This document shows positions 10,001-23,129 of a stretch of DNA of 64,000 bases, piece after piece (the stretch's first letter is position 1; each line of letters begins with the position of its first letter). Under the pieces are notes generated by a model. The model worked only from the letters and a program-made list of their open reading frames with translations, was not told the DNA's origin and did not search any database. A program made the translations under genes and the position numbers. The DNA is from Owenia fusiformis (lineage: Eukaryota): the NCBI GenBank assembly GCA_903813345.2, contig CAIIXF020000001.1, positions 4,340,001-4,404,000 on the forward strand, given 5' to 3'.

Positions 10001-13000
10001 TCAGATAAGGCAGCCTCAAAGACAGTATAAGTTAAACAAAAGTGTGTCAAAATTAAGCAAATTTCTATGAAGGTCAATCCACATGTTTCACGAATGATTT
10101 CAATGCATTAACTCCAGGACAAGCAGTCATAGAGTTTATAAAATAATTTGGACTTTAAGACAGGGAAGGTGCAAACACCCCATCAACATGTTTTTTTCTG
10201 TAATGTTGTCCTGATTTCCAGCCCTTTCCACACCTGTTTTTCAATGTTTGTTGCATCGATCACTCTGTTGCGGTTTTTTGGTTAACGTCTTTAAATGAAA
10301 ATATGATTCATGCAGGGTTTTTAAAGATATCAAATTTGGATGACCAAAATTAGGCTGAAAACAATGGATCACATGAGTTTTCCCTATGGGAAAATAACAT
10401 GGGAAATACATGTACTGTTTTCCACTTTATCCCAAATAAATCATATTTTAGAGGTTAACTGTGTCTCAAAGTGCAACATGTTGGTGAACATTGAAAAAAC
10501 ATATGTGGAAAGGGCTGAAAATAAGGACAACATTTCAGAAAAAAACTTCCCTGTCTCAAAGTCCAAATTATTTTATTACCTCTATGAGTGCTTGATCTGG
10601 AGTTAATGCATTGGCCTAACATATGCACCTGTTCGAGTCAAATCCCCAATAAATATCCGAAATCCAACATATGACAGTTTGAAGACCAAATAAACACCTT
10701 TTGCTATATTATGCTATATTAGCATTGTGATGCTTGTATTAAAACATGTGCTGTATGAACACTTTATACTCAAATATTTTAATGATTTATCCCACATACC
10801 CCGAAACACGAGTAGCCATAGTGACCATTTTTGCATCAAAGTTAAGATGAGTCAATGATATTTGGCAGTCTCACGCCCGGTGATCTGATGAAATGAACGG
10901 AGGGGGAGTAGCTGATTTTCGGTAAATTAAACAAACGTTTATTAAAAAGGCGCAGCGTCGCCAATGTGCAAATGCCAATGATTTTGCTATAAATCAAGCA
11001 ACAATGGTCTGCACAACATGTAATAAATATATAAGTGACATTTTTATCACAAAATTCATTGCCCGTTTTTAAAATAATTTTCCAAATGATTCATAAAAAA
11101 TAATCGAAAATAATTAAAATTGAACGGAGGGGGAGTGAACAGAGGGGGGGGAGTAATATGAAAAAATTTCCACAAATTCGTGTACTTCAAAAATGAACTC
11201 ACTTACTCAGTAACTTGATGTTACAACTCTGAAAAGTGAAAAATGGGGACATATGGAGTTATTGGAAGTTTTCATATGTCTTATAGACACAATACCCCAC
11301 CCCCCTCCGTTCAATTTTAATAATTTTCGATAACTTTTTATATAACGTATGGTAACATGTTCTACAAAACCAATGAGGATAATAGTTTTGTGATAATTAC
11401 TTCACTTACAAGTATTTATTACAGGTCGTGTAGACCCCTGTTGGTTGATTTGTAGCAAAAACATTGGCATTTGCACGTTGGCGACGTTGCACTTTTTTAA
11501 TAGATCTTTTATTTTAGAACTCCACAGTTAAAAAAATCCAAGAAGACCTAACATATTCCCCCGTCCACTGCGTCTATTCATTTAGCCATTCAATTGTTAA
11601 CTTTCTCTTGAAAAAATAAATCTTCAAGATTTGTTGAATTTTCAACCGAAAATCAGCTAGATCTACCCCCCCCTCCGATCATTTCTTCTGATCACCGGGT
11701 GTGATTCTTATTTGAGACTATATTTAACACCTCCTGTGAAAATTTGAATGAAAAGGGCACAAAACTCTTAGTATTGATTGACCTGGAATGTGGAACCAAT
11801 TATAGAGACTACTTTTCCATGTTTTTCCAACACGGTTTCAGTAAGAGAGTTGGCACAATGGGGGAACTTTAGGGTACAATTTCTTCATAATTAGCCTTCT
11901 TTAATTCTAGATACCATATACCATAAATTTTCTATTTTACCATATACCATATTTTTTACACCTCTTATACCATATACGATAAATTTTGCCCCCTCTTATA
12001 CAATATACAATAAATTTTCAGCCTCTTATACGATATACAATATCTCTATACACCCCCCCCTATGAACAAATGACGTATCATTTGAAAGATCTTTCTTTTC
12101 CTCTTAAGAGGAGACATGGCTTCATTGTAAATTAAATGGAATTGATGCAGTGTAGGTCTTAAGGGCTGGTCCGCTGGTCATTATCAGGTTACTTTTGATA
12201 CAGACCAGTTGATTTTTTCACTAGGTATAGGAAAATAACATTGCAACTGGTCCGTAATGCCATTTTGACCAGCAGGTTTCAGATCCTTAGGGCCTAAACT
12301 GAATTGATGTAATTATCACTGGATTTGTGGTATTACAATGTTTTTGTTTGTTGCGTTTTTTTGAGATGCACTGTATAAGTTGTTTCAATATAAAACAAAT
12401 TTTCATGATTGTAATAAATAGACTTGTTTTCTATCAAAAACATGTTTTCTCAAATATCCATATTGTGTTAATCAAGGCTGTATCACAAAAAAATATTTGC
12501 AGTACCTAACTATTTTTTATACCATATATAAAGAATTAATAGCCACATTGAATCCAATGAGTAAAAAACATTGGATTAACTAAAGGTTCCATGCGTAAGT
12601 ACTATTACTCACAGGTTCTGACCAGGTTCTTACCTTTCTGATTTCATAGTTTAAATTCATTGTTATAAGACAGGTGTGGGGTGTCTCAAAAGTATATCAA
12701 CTTATTCTGCCATTTTTAGGTCACTTGTAAAGCCTAAGAATTGCAAACTCTAATTTATTATTTGACTACATATTAAATTTTGCTGAGATAACATGACATT
12801 ATTTTATCTGAAAAATGGCTACAATAGTATTAACAAAATCTCAACATTAGTCTTGATACTTTTGGAACACCCTGAATAATACTATTTATTTTCCACCAAA
12901 GATGGATTTTACAGATCAGTGATATCACAGATAAGGTAAGTTGATCATGTAGTTGAAGTACATGTAGTCAAACTTATAGGTCATTTTAAATGTCTTTTGG

Positions 13001-16000
13001 ACCTTAAGCCAACATCTGCTGGCAATTTGAACATTGGGTTGGTCATTAAGTTTCATGTATTAACCCTTTCACTACGATAGGCTCAATATGGAGCCCTATT
13101 ATGTAATAACTTTCAGGACGATAGGCTCCATATGGAGCCCTATTATGTAATACCTTTCAGGACGATAGGCTCCTTTTGACACCATTATTTTTATTTATAT
13201 ACATCAATGAAATGACGATATCTCCAGTTCTATTCAATATTTTTACACCATATTTTGAAGAGTTGTTCTAATGTGGCAATCCTTACTAGAAATTGTATTT
13301 CAGTGATAAAATTCAAGGTATATGTCTCCGGGCGGAGGTACTTTGCAGTTTTCCCTTCAAAACTGCTCTTACTTATCCACACAAGGGCCAACTTTTTCCT
13401 CATATATTCACGCCAGGAAAGGGTTAAGTGAAGATTAATAAGTCATTAAATAATAACAAAATGATTCATTATATTATAGTAATATGTTTCAAACTTGCTG
13501 GCATGTGGGAAATGTTATATTAATTACCCTTATCTTTCTTTTCCTTTATCAGGAGCACTACAAGGCATTCACATTGCAGAGATCTTTTACATTGGTGTTC
13601 AATGTTTTGCAATGATCAAGATGAATACCACAGACATTTGCCATCTGTATCTCTCTAGAGTTGCTTTAATAATATTTGTAATGTTTCATTAATTCATTAT
13701 ATGAATGATTTGTCACTAGAGATTTTTTCTTTATTTGCATCTTTCTTAAAAGAAAATTTGAAATTAAATCAAAAATGTATGGATGAAACACTAGAAATTA
13801 TTTAACAAAATTCTATCGAGATATACATGGTGTGATGTCAATGGTTCTTGAATACATTGAACTGCAGTGAATTTTGTGATAGAATTTTCAACTTTTTATC
13901 AAGTATGCAAAGTTTATAGATTATAATAATCCAGTTTCAAAGTGCAGTACATGTTATAATATATAACAAGTACACATGTATTAAAACCTATGCTATTCGT
14001 GTATAGGATTCTCATTTATGGAAATAAGCTCACAAATGAAGTACATTTGATAAAAAATAATGTAATTTGAAGGCAATCACCATACAAGCAGCTTATGGCA
14101 AAACAGTAGCAGCATTTTATTATAATCACCTTAATGCATGTGATTGGTTTAATAGAATACAGAAGTATATCGTGATGTATATTTGATGCAATAATCTTAT
14201 TGTGAATTTTGAATTCTGTCTATCACGCAGCATCAGCAATGAGGAGCGGTATATGCATAATCAAGGGTAAGAAAACTGAATAACGTTGAAGGGACATTGA
14301 TGACGTTTTTTTCTTTAAATTAGTTTTTTTTTTTATTAAAATATTTATTTATCTTTAAATTAGTTTGACAAATTTATGTTTGTTTTGATTTCACAATTTT
14401 ATTTTGCACCTGATGAAACCTTTTCAGCAACAGTCTTTGGCTCTTTAAACTGATGACTTGATTGATTTTCAAAATCAAAAATTAATTTACTCCTTTTTTA
14501 TAGAAGTTTTAGCATATCGTTAGTACAGTATTTGTTATGACCAATCAATAAAAATTCACTTTTTTCAAAAGTAAGATAAAAAAGATTCAATAAACGTCAT
14601 TTATAGTTTGGTGCAAATCAGGTCACCATTTTAAGATCTCTATTGTATTAGACTGAAGCTTTTCAAGTTTAGATTTGTTTATTTCGTTTTGTGTACATTA
14701 TTTAGTTACAGTGCTTTGCATGTTTTTTTGTGCACGGTATTCATATGTTATTTTGGGTGTTTGAGCATGAGCATGAGCATGTCCTTGGCCTGGAATGTAT
14801 TTTATTTGACTCAGTGTTTTACACTGTTTGACACAGTGTTTTACACTGTTTGCCACAGTGTTTTGCTATTCCAAAGTTTCTGTAGACTCCACATTTAAAC
14901 TTAAAAGTGCAATAAACCTCAAGTTTGGCAACTTTGGTGTCAGTTTTGTTTTGATTTATATTTTTCCACTGATTTGATTCTTAATGCATGTGTAACTGTA
15001 AAGGCACATTCTAGACATAGAAGTGATCCACATCCCTAATTATTTGAATTCTAGAATTTAGAAGCTAATTAATGACAAGCTAATGCAGTTGAAGCTCTCT
15101 TTTAAGAAGTGAATTGAATGGGGTTAAAGCCTTGCTATTCCATTGGACAACATTGGGGTGGTATAGAGAATGTTCAGTGATGATACAGATCACTTGTATT
15201 TATCACAATTTTGGGAATAGAGAATGATGTTTAAAAATGCTTCATTGTTATTTTCCTTGTTATTGCTAATATAAGGATATGTTACATGTTATTTTCACCT
15301 TTATATGGGACAATTGCATGACTATGGGCAGCATGCCATAGTTAGTTGGCCAAGATACAAAACACTTGACTTTGAGACGTATAAACTTTGCAATAATTGT
15401 ATTATCTTACTGAGCCTTACCTTTCCTTTATCACTAAGGACTTGTATTATAGACAGCAAATGATCCCAAAATAGTCATCTTCGTTCACTCGGCTCCTGTC
15501 GATGAACGTAGTGAAGACCGGAGCGTGCGAAGATGCAAAATAGTAGGAATTTGATATAATTCTCTTCTGCAAACATAGGTAAAAAAATGATGTCAATTTC
15601 AGTGATGGTTTAAACACATCATTTATCAATTCTCATAACTTTTATATTGCATCAGTATTATTTTTTTATAGATCATATTAAGGTTGAGAGTGTCTTTTTG
15701 CATGTTTTATGGATTATTGGCAAATCTCACCTTATGAACTGCATAAATACATGTGATTGAATTAAAACAATCCTTAAGTAAATCCCTTAAGAAGATTAGA
15801 GGTTAATTTTTAGCAAGTGAATATCATGTTTTCATAATCTTTTTATTTTGCTATGGATGTTTTAGTTTCAGCTTCCCTAGTTTTGTGTTTTTCTCTGGAC
15901 ATAATTTTGCAAAATGTTAATTTAGCCCAAATTTTATTCACACAATGATTTCATGATGACCTAATTGTTTTGATCCTATTCAATTATCAGATTGTATTAA

Positions 16001-19000
16001 GTAGGTCATATTCCCATGATATATTTGCAATTTGAAATACTTTGACCTTCTGTAATCTCATGCATGCATCACATGTTTTAAAAAAAATCTAAAAAATGTT
16101 CTTATGATGATATTTTCAAATTTTCAAATGGTTTGAAATATAACAATATCATTTGCCTATCTTTGTTGAAGCAATGTTTAGATTCACAAAGGGTGTTCTA
16201 TTGCATAGCCGTAGGGACCGGGTGTTCGATAGGTTCGGACGAACCCCCGGTCAGGGTTCCCCAAAATAATATTTGTAGAAAAATTCATTGCAATAACCAG
16301 GAACATTAATTCAATTCATGTGACCAGTAAATAAAAACATAATAAAGTTACACTTCTCTCAAAAGGTTTGGCAACCTTAGGCACGGGATGGGATTGTTTA
16401 ATCTTGGGAAGACACCCGGAGCATCATGACATTATGCAAAGAAATATCAATAATTTTTTAGGGTAATTTGAAGCCCCCTCCCCACATAGAAATGAATGAA
16501 TATGAATCGCTCAACATTGTGATTTACACATTTCTGATACTTTCAGGAGTATCATTCAGCAATTACACGTAATAAACGTACTTAATCAATCCAGGATTCA
16601 TTCATATTAGTACTCGAAGCGCTAACTATATTAGTAATCTATTTAGAATCGATTATTTCGACCAATCAAATCAAGGCTTTCTGTATCGCGTTTTCATCTG
16701 TGGTATATGGCATATTCCGCAGTTGAGTTTGCCATATTCCACAGGAGAGTATGACATATTCTGCAGTGAGTATGTAGTATTCACTGAAATCAATATATCG
16801 CATATTCACTGCAGAATATGCCATACTCACCTGCGGAATATGCAATAAAAGAACTTTTGGAGATTAATAAAGCCCTGATATTTAAAGAATTATATACAAA
16901 ATGTGTATATTCACCAGAAAGACGAGAGGATTACCCTTGCACAAGTTTCAAATTGTGTGTCCAAAAAAAGATTTGACAGCATTCTTTAATAAAATAATAT
17001 AATATTTCTCAAAAGCAAAGTCTATAATAATTCACAAATTCTTCTAAAATGATTTCAGTTCTCAAAACTTTCATGATTCTCATCATTAATAATAAAAGAA
17101 AACAGCGAACGTTGATAGGGGATGCAATGTTTTCAAAGTTATTAAGTTCAGATTATTTTTATTTTCAATTTAAAGAACAAATTGGTATTTTCAGCACTAG
17201 GTGTTCTTTGTTGCAAGGCATTGCAATTTAAAAGAAAGCTTTAATTTTAGAGCCTACGGAGCATAATGGATATCTTGTTACTTCAATTTGGTCTTTTTGT
17301 AATTTCAGTCGATATTCCGTTTTATTGCAATACTAATTATCATCTGTCACTTCTATCGTCAGTACCAATTTAGAGTATTTTTGTAGCCATAAAGACTTTT
17401 ATTGTGCCCCATGATTAACATTCTTCAAAAATATTTGCTATTGAATATATTCTACTATTCGGTAACTAAGTGTAAGTTCATAAGATTATTATGAACACTC
17501 CTCTATAATAAAATGAAATACCTCAAAACAATCTTTTGATTTGGAATCTTTTCAAAAAATCATCTTATCTCAGTATCAAAATGTGGGAATCACATGTTTC
17601 AGAATTTGACATATCTTTGAATGAAAATTTGACATATCTTTGAACGAACTCTTAAAGTCTCAATGAATTAAGGATGAGGATTTTTCCCTAAAATAGCTCG
17701 TTATAAAAAAAAATACATGTATGTTCCTTAAATATGTGTTAGGAATTGCTTAAAGTTAGCCCAAGCTATGACTCTTGATTTGCATTTCATTAAGCAAATG
17801 TTATATTAAAATGTATGATTTTTTCTTCAGATTTCAGGAAATCTATATATTCAGTAAAAGATTCACCAAAAACTGTTTAAATATAGAAAATCAAATTGCT
17901 TAACTTTTTCAAATTCAATTGTATTTTGCGAAACAAAATGGAGGTATCGGAAATGATGTCGATTTATTTTTTCCAGCCCTAAAACAGTTATTCTTTACAC
18001 TGTGTATATTATGCAAATAAGAATTCAAACATAAGGAGGCTTAAACACTCCAATGGGGGAGTTACGGTTGCCAAACTTTTGGAGGCGGTGTAAATAAAAT
18101 TTTATGTATGAAAAATACAAAAATGGTTTTATGCTATGGCATTGTGTTGTCTTATTTCTCCCTAGCAACTGAGCACTTATTATCTCACATATTCTTTGGG
18201 GTTTTAATAAAGATATACAGAAACTTATTGGTTATTTAAGGTGAAATACTGAGCTATTTAACATTCCTATTCCTATTATAATGATTCAAATTACTTGAGG
18301 GTAGTATTATCCCAGCATTAAATAAAATGATAGGTCTGTGTTATGTTGTTGTAGAAGGAGCAGATCCCTCTATGGTGCAAGCCCCAACTGCTACTTTGGA
18401 CCAAAAGGTCGCATTATGAAGAACTCTGCAAATACACTGTAAGTATGCAAACTGTTACTTTATTTTACTTTATGCAATTTACAAGGTGGAACTTAATATT
18501 TGATACAATTTATAAACACAAAATGAACTATTATACAAAGAAAATAAATTATAGATCATAATGTCTGACAGTTTGAGATATAAAAAAAGGAATTTAGGTC
18601 ACTGTGACAACTTTTGATGAATGAAGTTTAATAAAGACTTCAAGTTTACTGAATCTTTCATTTGACACTAAAGAAAGTTCAAATGAACCAAATGGGAGCT
18701 TACAATAAATGATCAAAAATATTTTTGATATCTTAATTTTATACCACTATTAGCTGATTGGAATATTGTATTAAATGTATGTAATATTACTGCTGAATAA
18801 AAATATATATATAAAGTTTTACATGTCAAACACCATGTTACAAATATATGTAAAAATATGAAAAGCTGAAAAAAATATGAAAAGTGAAAAGCTTGCAAGT
18901 GATTATTTTCTCGCTTCAATATTTACAAAAGAAGCTTTGTAAAGTATTCAGTCAATTTTGCAAGTAACACTTCAACTTTTCATACTTTTTATTCTTAAAT

Positions 19001-22000
19001 ATGCATAGTGCCAGTTTAATACAGGAGTACAAATTGTGCAAACAACATTCCATAAGAAAACATACAGTGAAATGGAAGGTTCCTTAATTCCCATTGTTCT
19101 AATTATGGAATTAAATGCCAGAAATTTTTATTAAGATGCTATATTTATCATGAATTCTGAGATCATTACATGGCACTTTATGAATATAAAATTAATATTG
19201 AGAACAAAGTGCAGTTTTAATTGTAAATTTTCTAATCTCAATGTATTTGCACATATAACCCAATATTCTTATCATTGTGAAAGTGGAATCAACTCTCAAG
19301 TAAAGAGTGAGATGATAATTATAGATGTATGCTATACATTATTACATTGGAATGATATATAAGAAGTAAATGCTGTATATTGAGATCACATGCGGATCCA
19401 GGATTTTGCTTTAGAAGGGGTGCCAATATATCCAAAAAATTAGATTTTATTGGATTTTTGAAAAAAAATTTTTTTGAAAAATGTTAAGCCTAGATCCGCT
19501 AGTGGAGATGATTTGTGAGAAGTAAAGTGCATTGAAATGATATATAAGAAGTATTTGAGATGATATATGAGAAGTAAAATGCTGTGCAGACGCAGATGCA
19601 GACCTATGAGATGCTATGCAAAAAGTAGGATGTTGTTATGAAACATTTGTGAAGCTTCACTTTTGCAATTAAGATATATTATATACCTAAAGTATGTTAT
19701 CCATGAATCTATCATAATACTGTACAATCACAAATTATACATATCATTCTTCTGGACATGTCATAATTTTGGAACAAGTATAAAATATTTTGGTGACCTT
19801 AAAATGCTAGTACATGTTCTTCTATTATTCAGTGAAGACTTTTTCTGACTGAATGCCCAAAACAGTAATGTTTTTGCCTATTCCTTGTTTATTTTAAGGT
19901 TCAGTTTTTATGTTAAATTAGAACAACTCACAATTTATCAGTAATGGACCAAGCAATAGGGGTATTTATTTTCTTTGCAGCGTTTTGTTATTCTGTAATG
20001 AATACAAGGAATGCAATAAAAATAAATAGTTAGTACATGTTCTCAAAACATAGTCAAATAACTCCTACACAAATTCAGGACAGTTCCAAGGTTGACAGGA
20101 CTTAATAACTCGGCAGATCAGTCTGTGCCAAGAAATGCTTGAACTTGTAGACAAGCCTTCTGTTTATTGTCAGAACATAATTGACGCTGTATGCTAGACT
20201 GAAATTAGGCAATTATTTAATTTACATGCTTTGTGAGAATCAATTCATTTCAACAAAATGCTAGGATCAAATTTGTGAGTATTTTCTGTTTGTTATTTCA
20301 TTACTGTGTGTTATGTAGTGTTTAAATTACTTAAGCTTGAGTATGCATATTATATTTGGCACTATGTTTTATGACATATCATGCATAAATGCTTGGAATT
20401 GGAGCTGAATATTTTATCTGACTTTAATGTAAAAAATTGGGAACTTAGACATTCTTGACATTCACAAATTCCAAATTTATCACAAATTTTCATGTCAGTG
20501 AGATGTATTTTTTAAGGTGAGTCAAGCAGAAGGTATAATATGGCCCGGCTGTAACATTCAGACCTTCACACGTTGTTTTCCCATACCCACCTTAAGCTAT
20601 TAAATTATTTATTTCCAGCACTATTCAGGACCCAGGGAGTCAGAGACTTACCTGGTATAATGTACCCAAGACGACCCTCATCATTAAGAAGATATTTGAC
20701 GACACAGTATGGCAACCATTTAAGGATATTGCCACATGGCTTGTTAAGGTATCTGCTTATATATAAGTTTTTCTGATTGCTACATGAGTTGGTTAAGGTG
20801 CCTGTATGTTTATAAAATTTCCTTACAATAGTGTAAAAACTAAACTAAGCCATCTGTCTCCTATTTGCTTGTTTATTTATTACATGTATTTATATTCACA
20901 ACAGAATAAAAAGAAAACAGGTCGATGTGGTCCATTTGTTTTATGAAAGAGTTGAGTTAAGAGTAAACATTCACAAGTTTGAAATTGATTAGATGGATTT
21001 TAAGAAAAAGGTGAAAGGCTGCAAAATGATGACTTATTGCATGTCCATGTGTTTACAGGAGAAGAATATGACTGTCTATGTCGAGGAGAAAGTGATGGAA
21101 GAACCCAATGTTATTAATGACAATGAATTCAGAGCTCTGGCTAACCAACTCAGCACCTTCCAAGAAGGTTGGTGGAGTTTCACTTGTGGAGTGTTTTAGA
21201 AATGTTGTACTCATGTCACATATCATGAACCCATGTAAAATGTTGTACTCATGTCAAATGCCATGAACTCATGGAAATGTTGTACTCATGTCACATCATG
21301 TACTCATGTAAAATTTTGTACTCATATCACATCATGTACTCATATAAAATTTTGTACTCATGTCACATCATGTACTCATGTAAAATTTTGTACTCATGTA
21401 AATTTTCACTTTTGGAGTTTTGAATCCTTTACAATAGCCACATATTAATCATAATTTATCATTCCTTTTGGCTTGATATGCATTCCTAGCATTTATTCAT
21501 TATTTTCTCATGTAGGCAAAGAAGATCTGACGGACAAAATAGATTTCATCATCTGTCTTGGAGGAGATGGTACCTTACTCTACGCATCTTCATTATTCCA
21601 GGTAAGTGGTCATTTACTCTGAATTATGTTGATCAAGTAAAAATCATAATCTACCTTTTAATTTGGAACTATATGTTCATGTATCATGGGCACATTGTGT
21701 GATGTTAATTAATGAGTCACTTCATAATTTCAATAATGAATGTGATTAATTAATTAATAGTTTTATTTGATGTTAATAGTTCATAAAATGATACTTCTTC
21801 AACTGTGCGGTCTTAATCTGTATTTTAAATTGATTGACATGAACATCAGTTTTGTCCTGAAAATTGAATATTTATCTTCAGTAAAGCCTGTCTAATTAGA
21901 ATGCAACTGGAACTGTTTATCTGTTCAACTTACTGGTTAGGTTTGGACATGCAGGATATACTGGTAATACTGATATTCGTCACATTGTGTCTTGATTAAT

Positions 22001-23089
22001 GTTTGAGTCGATTCAATGGGAGTTTACAAAATTGGAAGAAAACGTGTTCACATTGAGAGGTGTTCAGATTACAGAGATGTTTGATAGATGCAGTTTCACT
22101 TTAATAAATGAAATATTTAAGTGACTCATTAGACATGTTTACTATAGCAACACATTTTGTCTTCTCAATTATGGATTACATTATCAGTTGTTGACTCTCA
22201 GAGACATGATAAACAGTACCGTGAGACCTGTGTAAGTGGAATACATTTGTGGAAGTGGAACACATTTGTGGAAGTGGAACACACTGAATAGTGTTCCACT
22301 TGGGAAGTAATATCAGTAAGCCTAAGATATATTTTTCTGATTTTATTGACCACTGTACTTGTATGTTTTGTAGCAAAGTGTTCCTCCAGTGATGGCATTC
22401 CACCTTGGTTCTCTGGGGTTCCTCACCCCCCACCAGTTCACAATGTTCAGGGAACAAATCACTCAGGTTCTTGAAGGTACACTATGTCAAATATACTTAC
22501 ATTTGTGTAAATATCAATGTGAAACTCATTCCCAGGTTTACTATTAATTTTGTAAAAAGTTGGACCGTCATTTTGGTCAGAATTTTACAACCTATAAAAT
22601 GATTCCATGCTGACGTCATTGTACTAATCATATTTAGCTTTCCTATTGTATGATATTGGTCATACATCCATGATATATTTTTTAACTTGCTTTGCAATCT
22701 GACCAACTTATGCAACTTGGCCAATTTTTCTTGAATGATATGTCGAAAAACTAATGAAACTTAAAGCAATCCTCCAAAAAATCCTTCGTGCATATCAAAT
22801 ATTTGGTAACTTGTGAATAAAAGAATCATCATAAATTTTCACCAAATGAGCCCACCAAAACATTTTTTCAGTTTATGATTTTGTTAATTCAGGCAATGCA
22901 GCCCTGACCTTAAGGAGCCGTCTGAAGTGTGTAGTACATAAACTAGCCATTGATGGACCAGATATGTTTGAGCGAGAGAAATCACCTGAGACTCATCACC
23001 ACCATCATACAAGCAAGAAACACATTATGGTGAGAAGACAACATGATCTCCATCTTGATTATTATTATTTTCCTGTCTGATGTTCGATA

Positions 23090-23129
<40 letters not shown>

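Larger units (their letters stand above)
9191..12060. mobile_element. Unclassified DNA transposon with poly-G/poly-C termini and 6-bp TSD
   Basis: G14-TGTATAGAG ... CTCTATACA-C8. TSD TATGAA at 9185-9190 and 12061-12066. Subterminal CTTATACCATATAC tandem repeats at both ends. Confidence 0.75.
8665..12373. mobile_element. Tc1/mariner-type MITE (TA TSD) hosting several nested insertions
   Basis: TA|CATTGTGTCTCAAAAAAACGCAACAA ... TTGTTGCGTTTTTTTGAGATGCACTG|TA, with further inverted similarity between 8740-8768 and ~12110-12140. Confidence 0.7.

Noticed and set aside
15496-15520. Hammerhead, SECIS or box C/D reading of CTGTCGATGAACGTAGTGAAGAC
   Set aside because: Mismatches at invariant hammerhead positions with no stem II, too short for a SECIS helix, and no proper C and D boxes.
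23080-23095. tRNA-specific targeting by the Tx1-like LINE (TSD contains GTTCGAT)
   Set aside because: Only a 7-nt resemblance with no surrounding tRNA structure. One site cannot show specificity.
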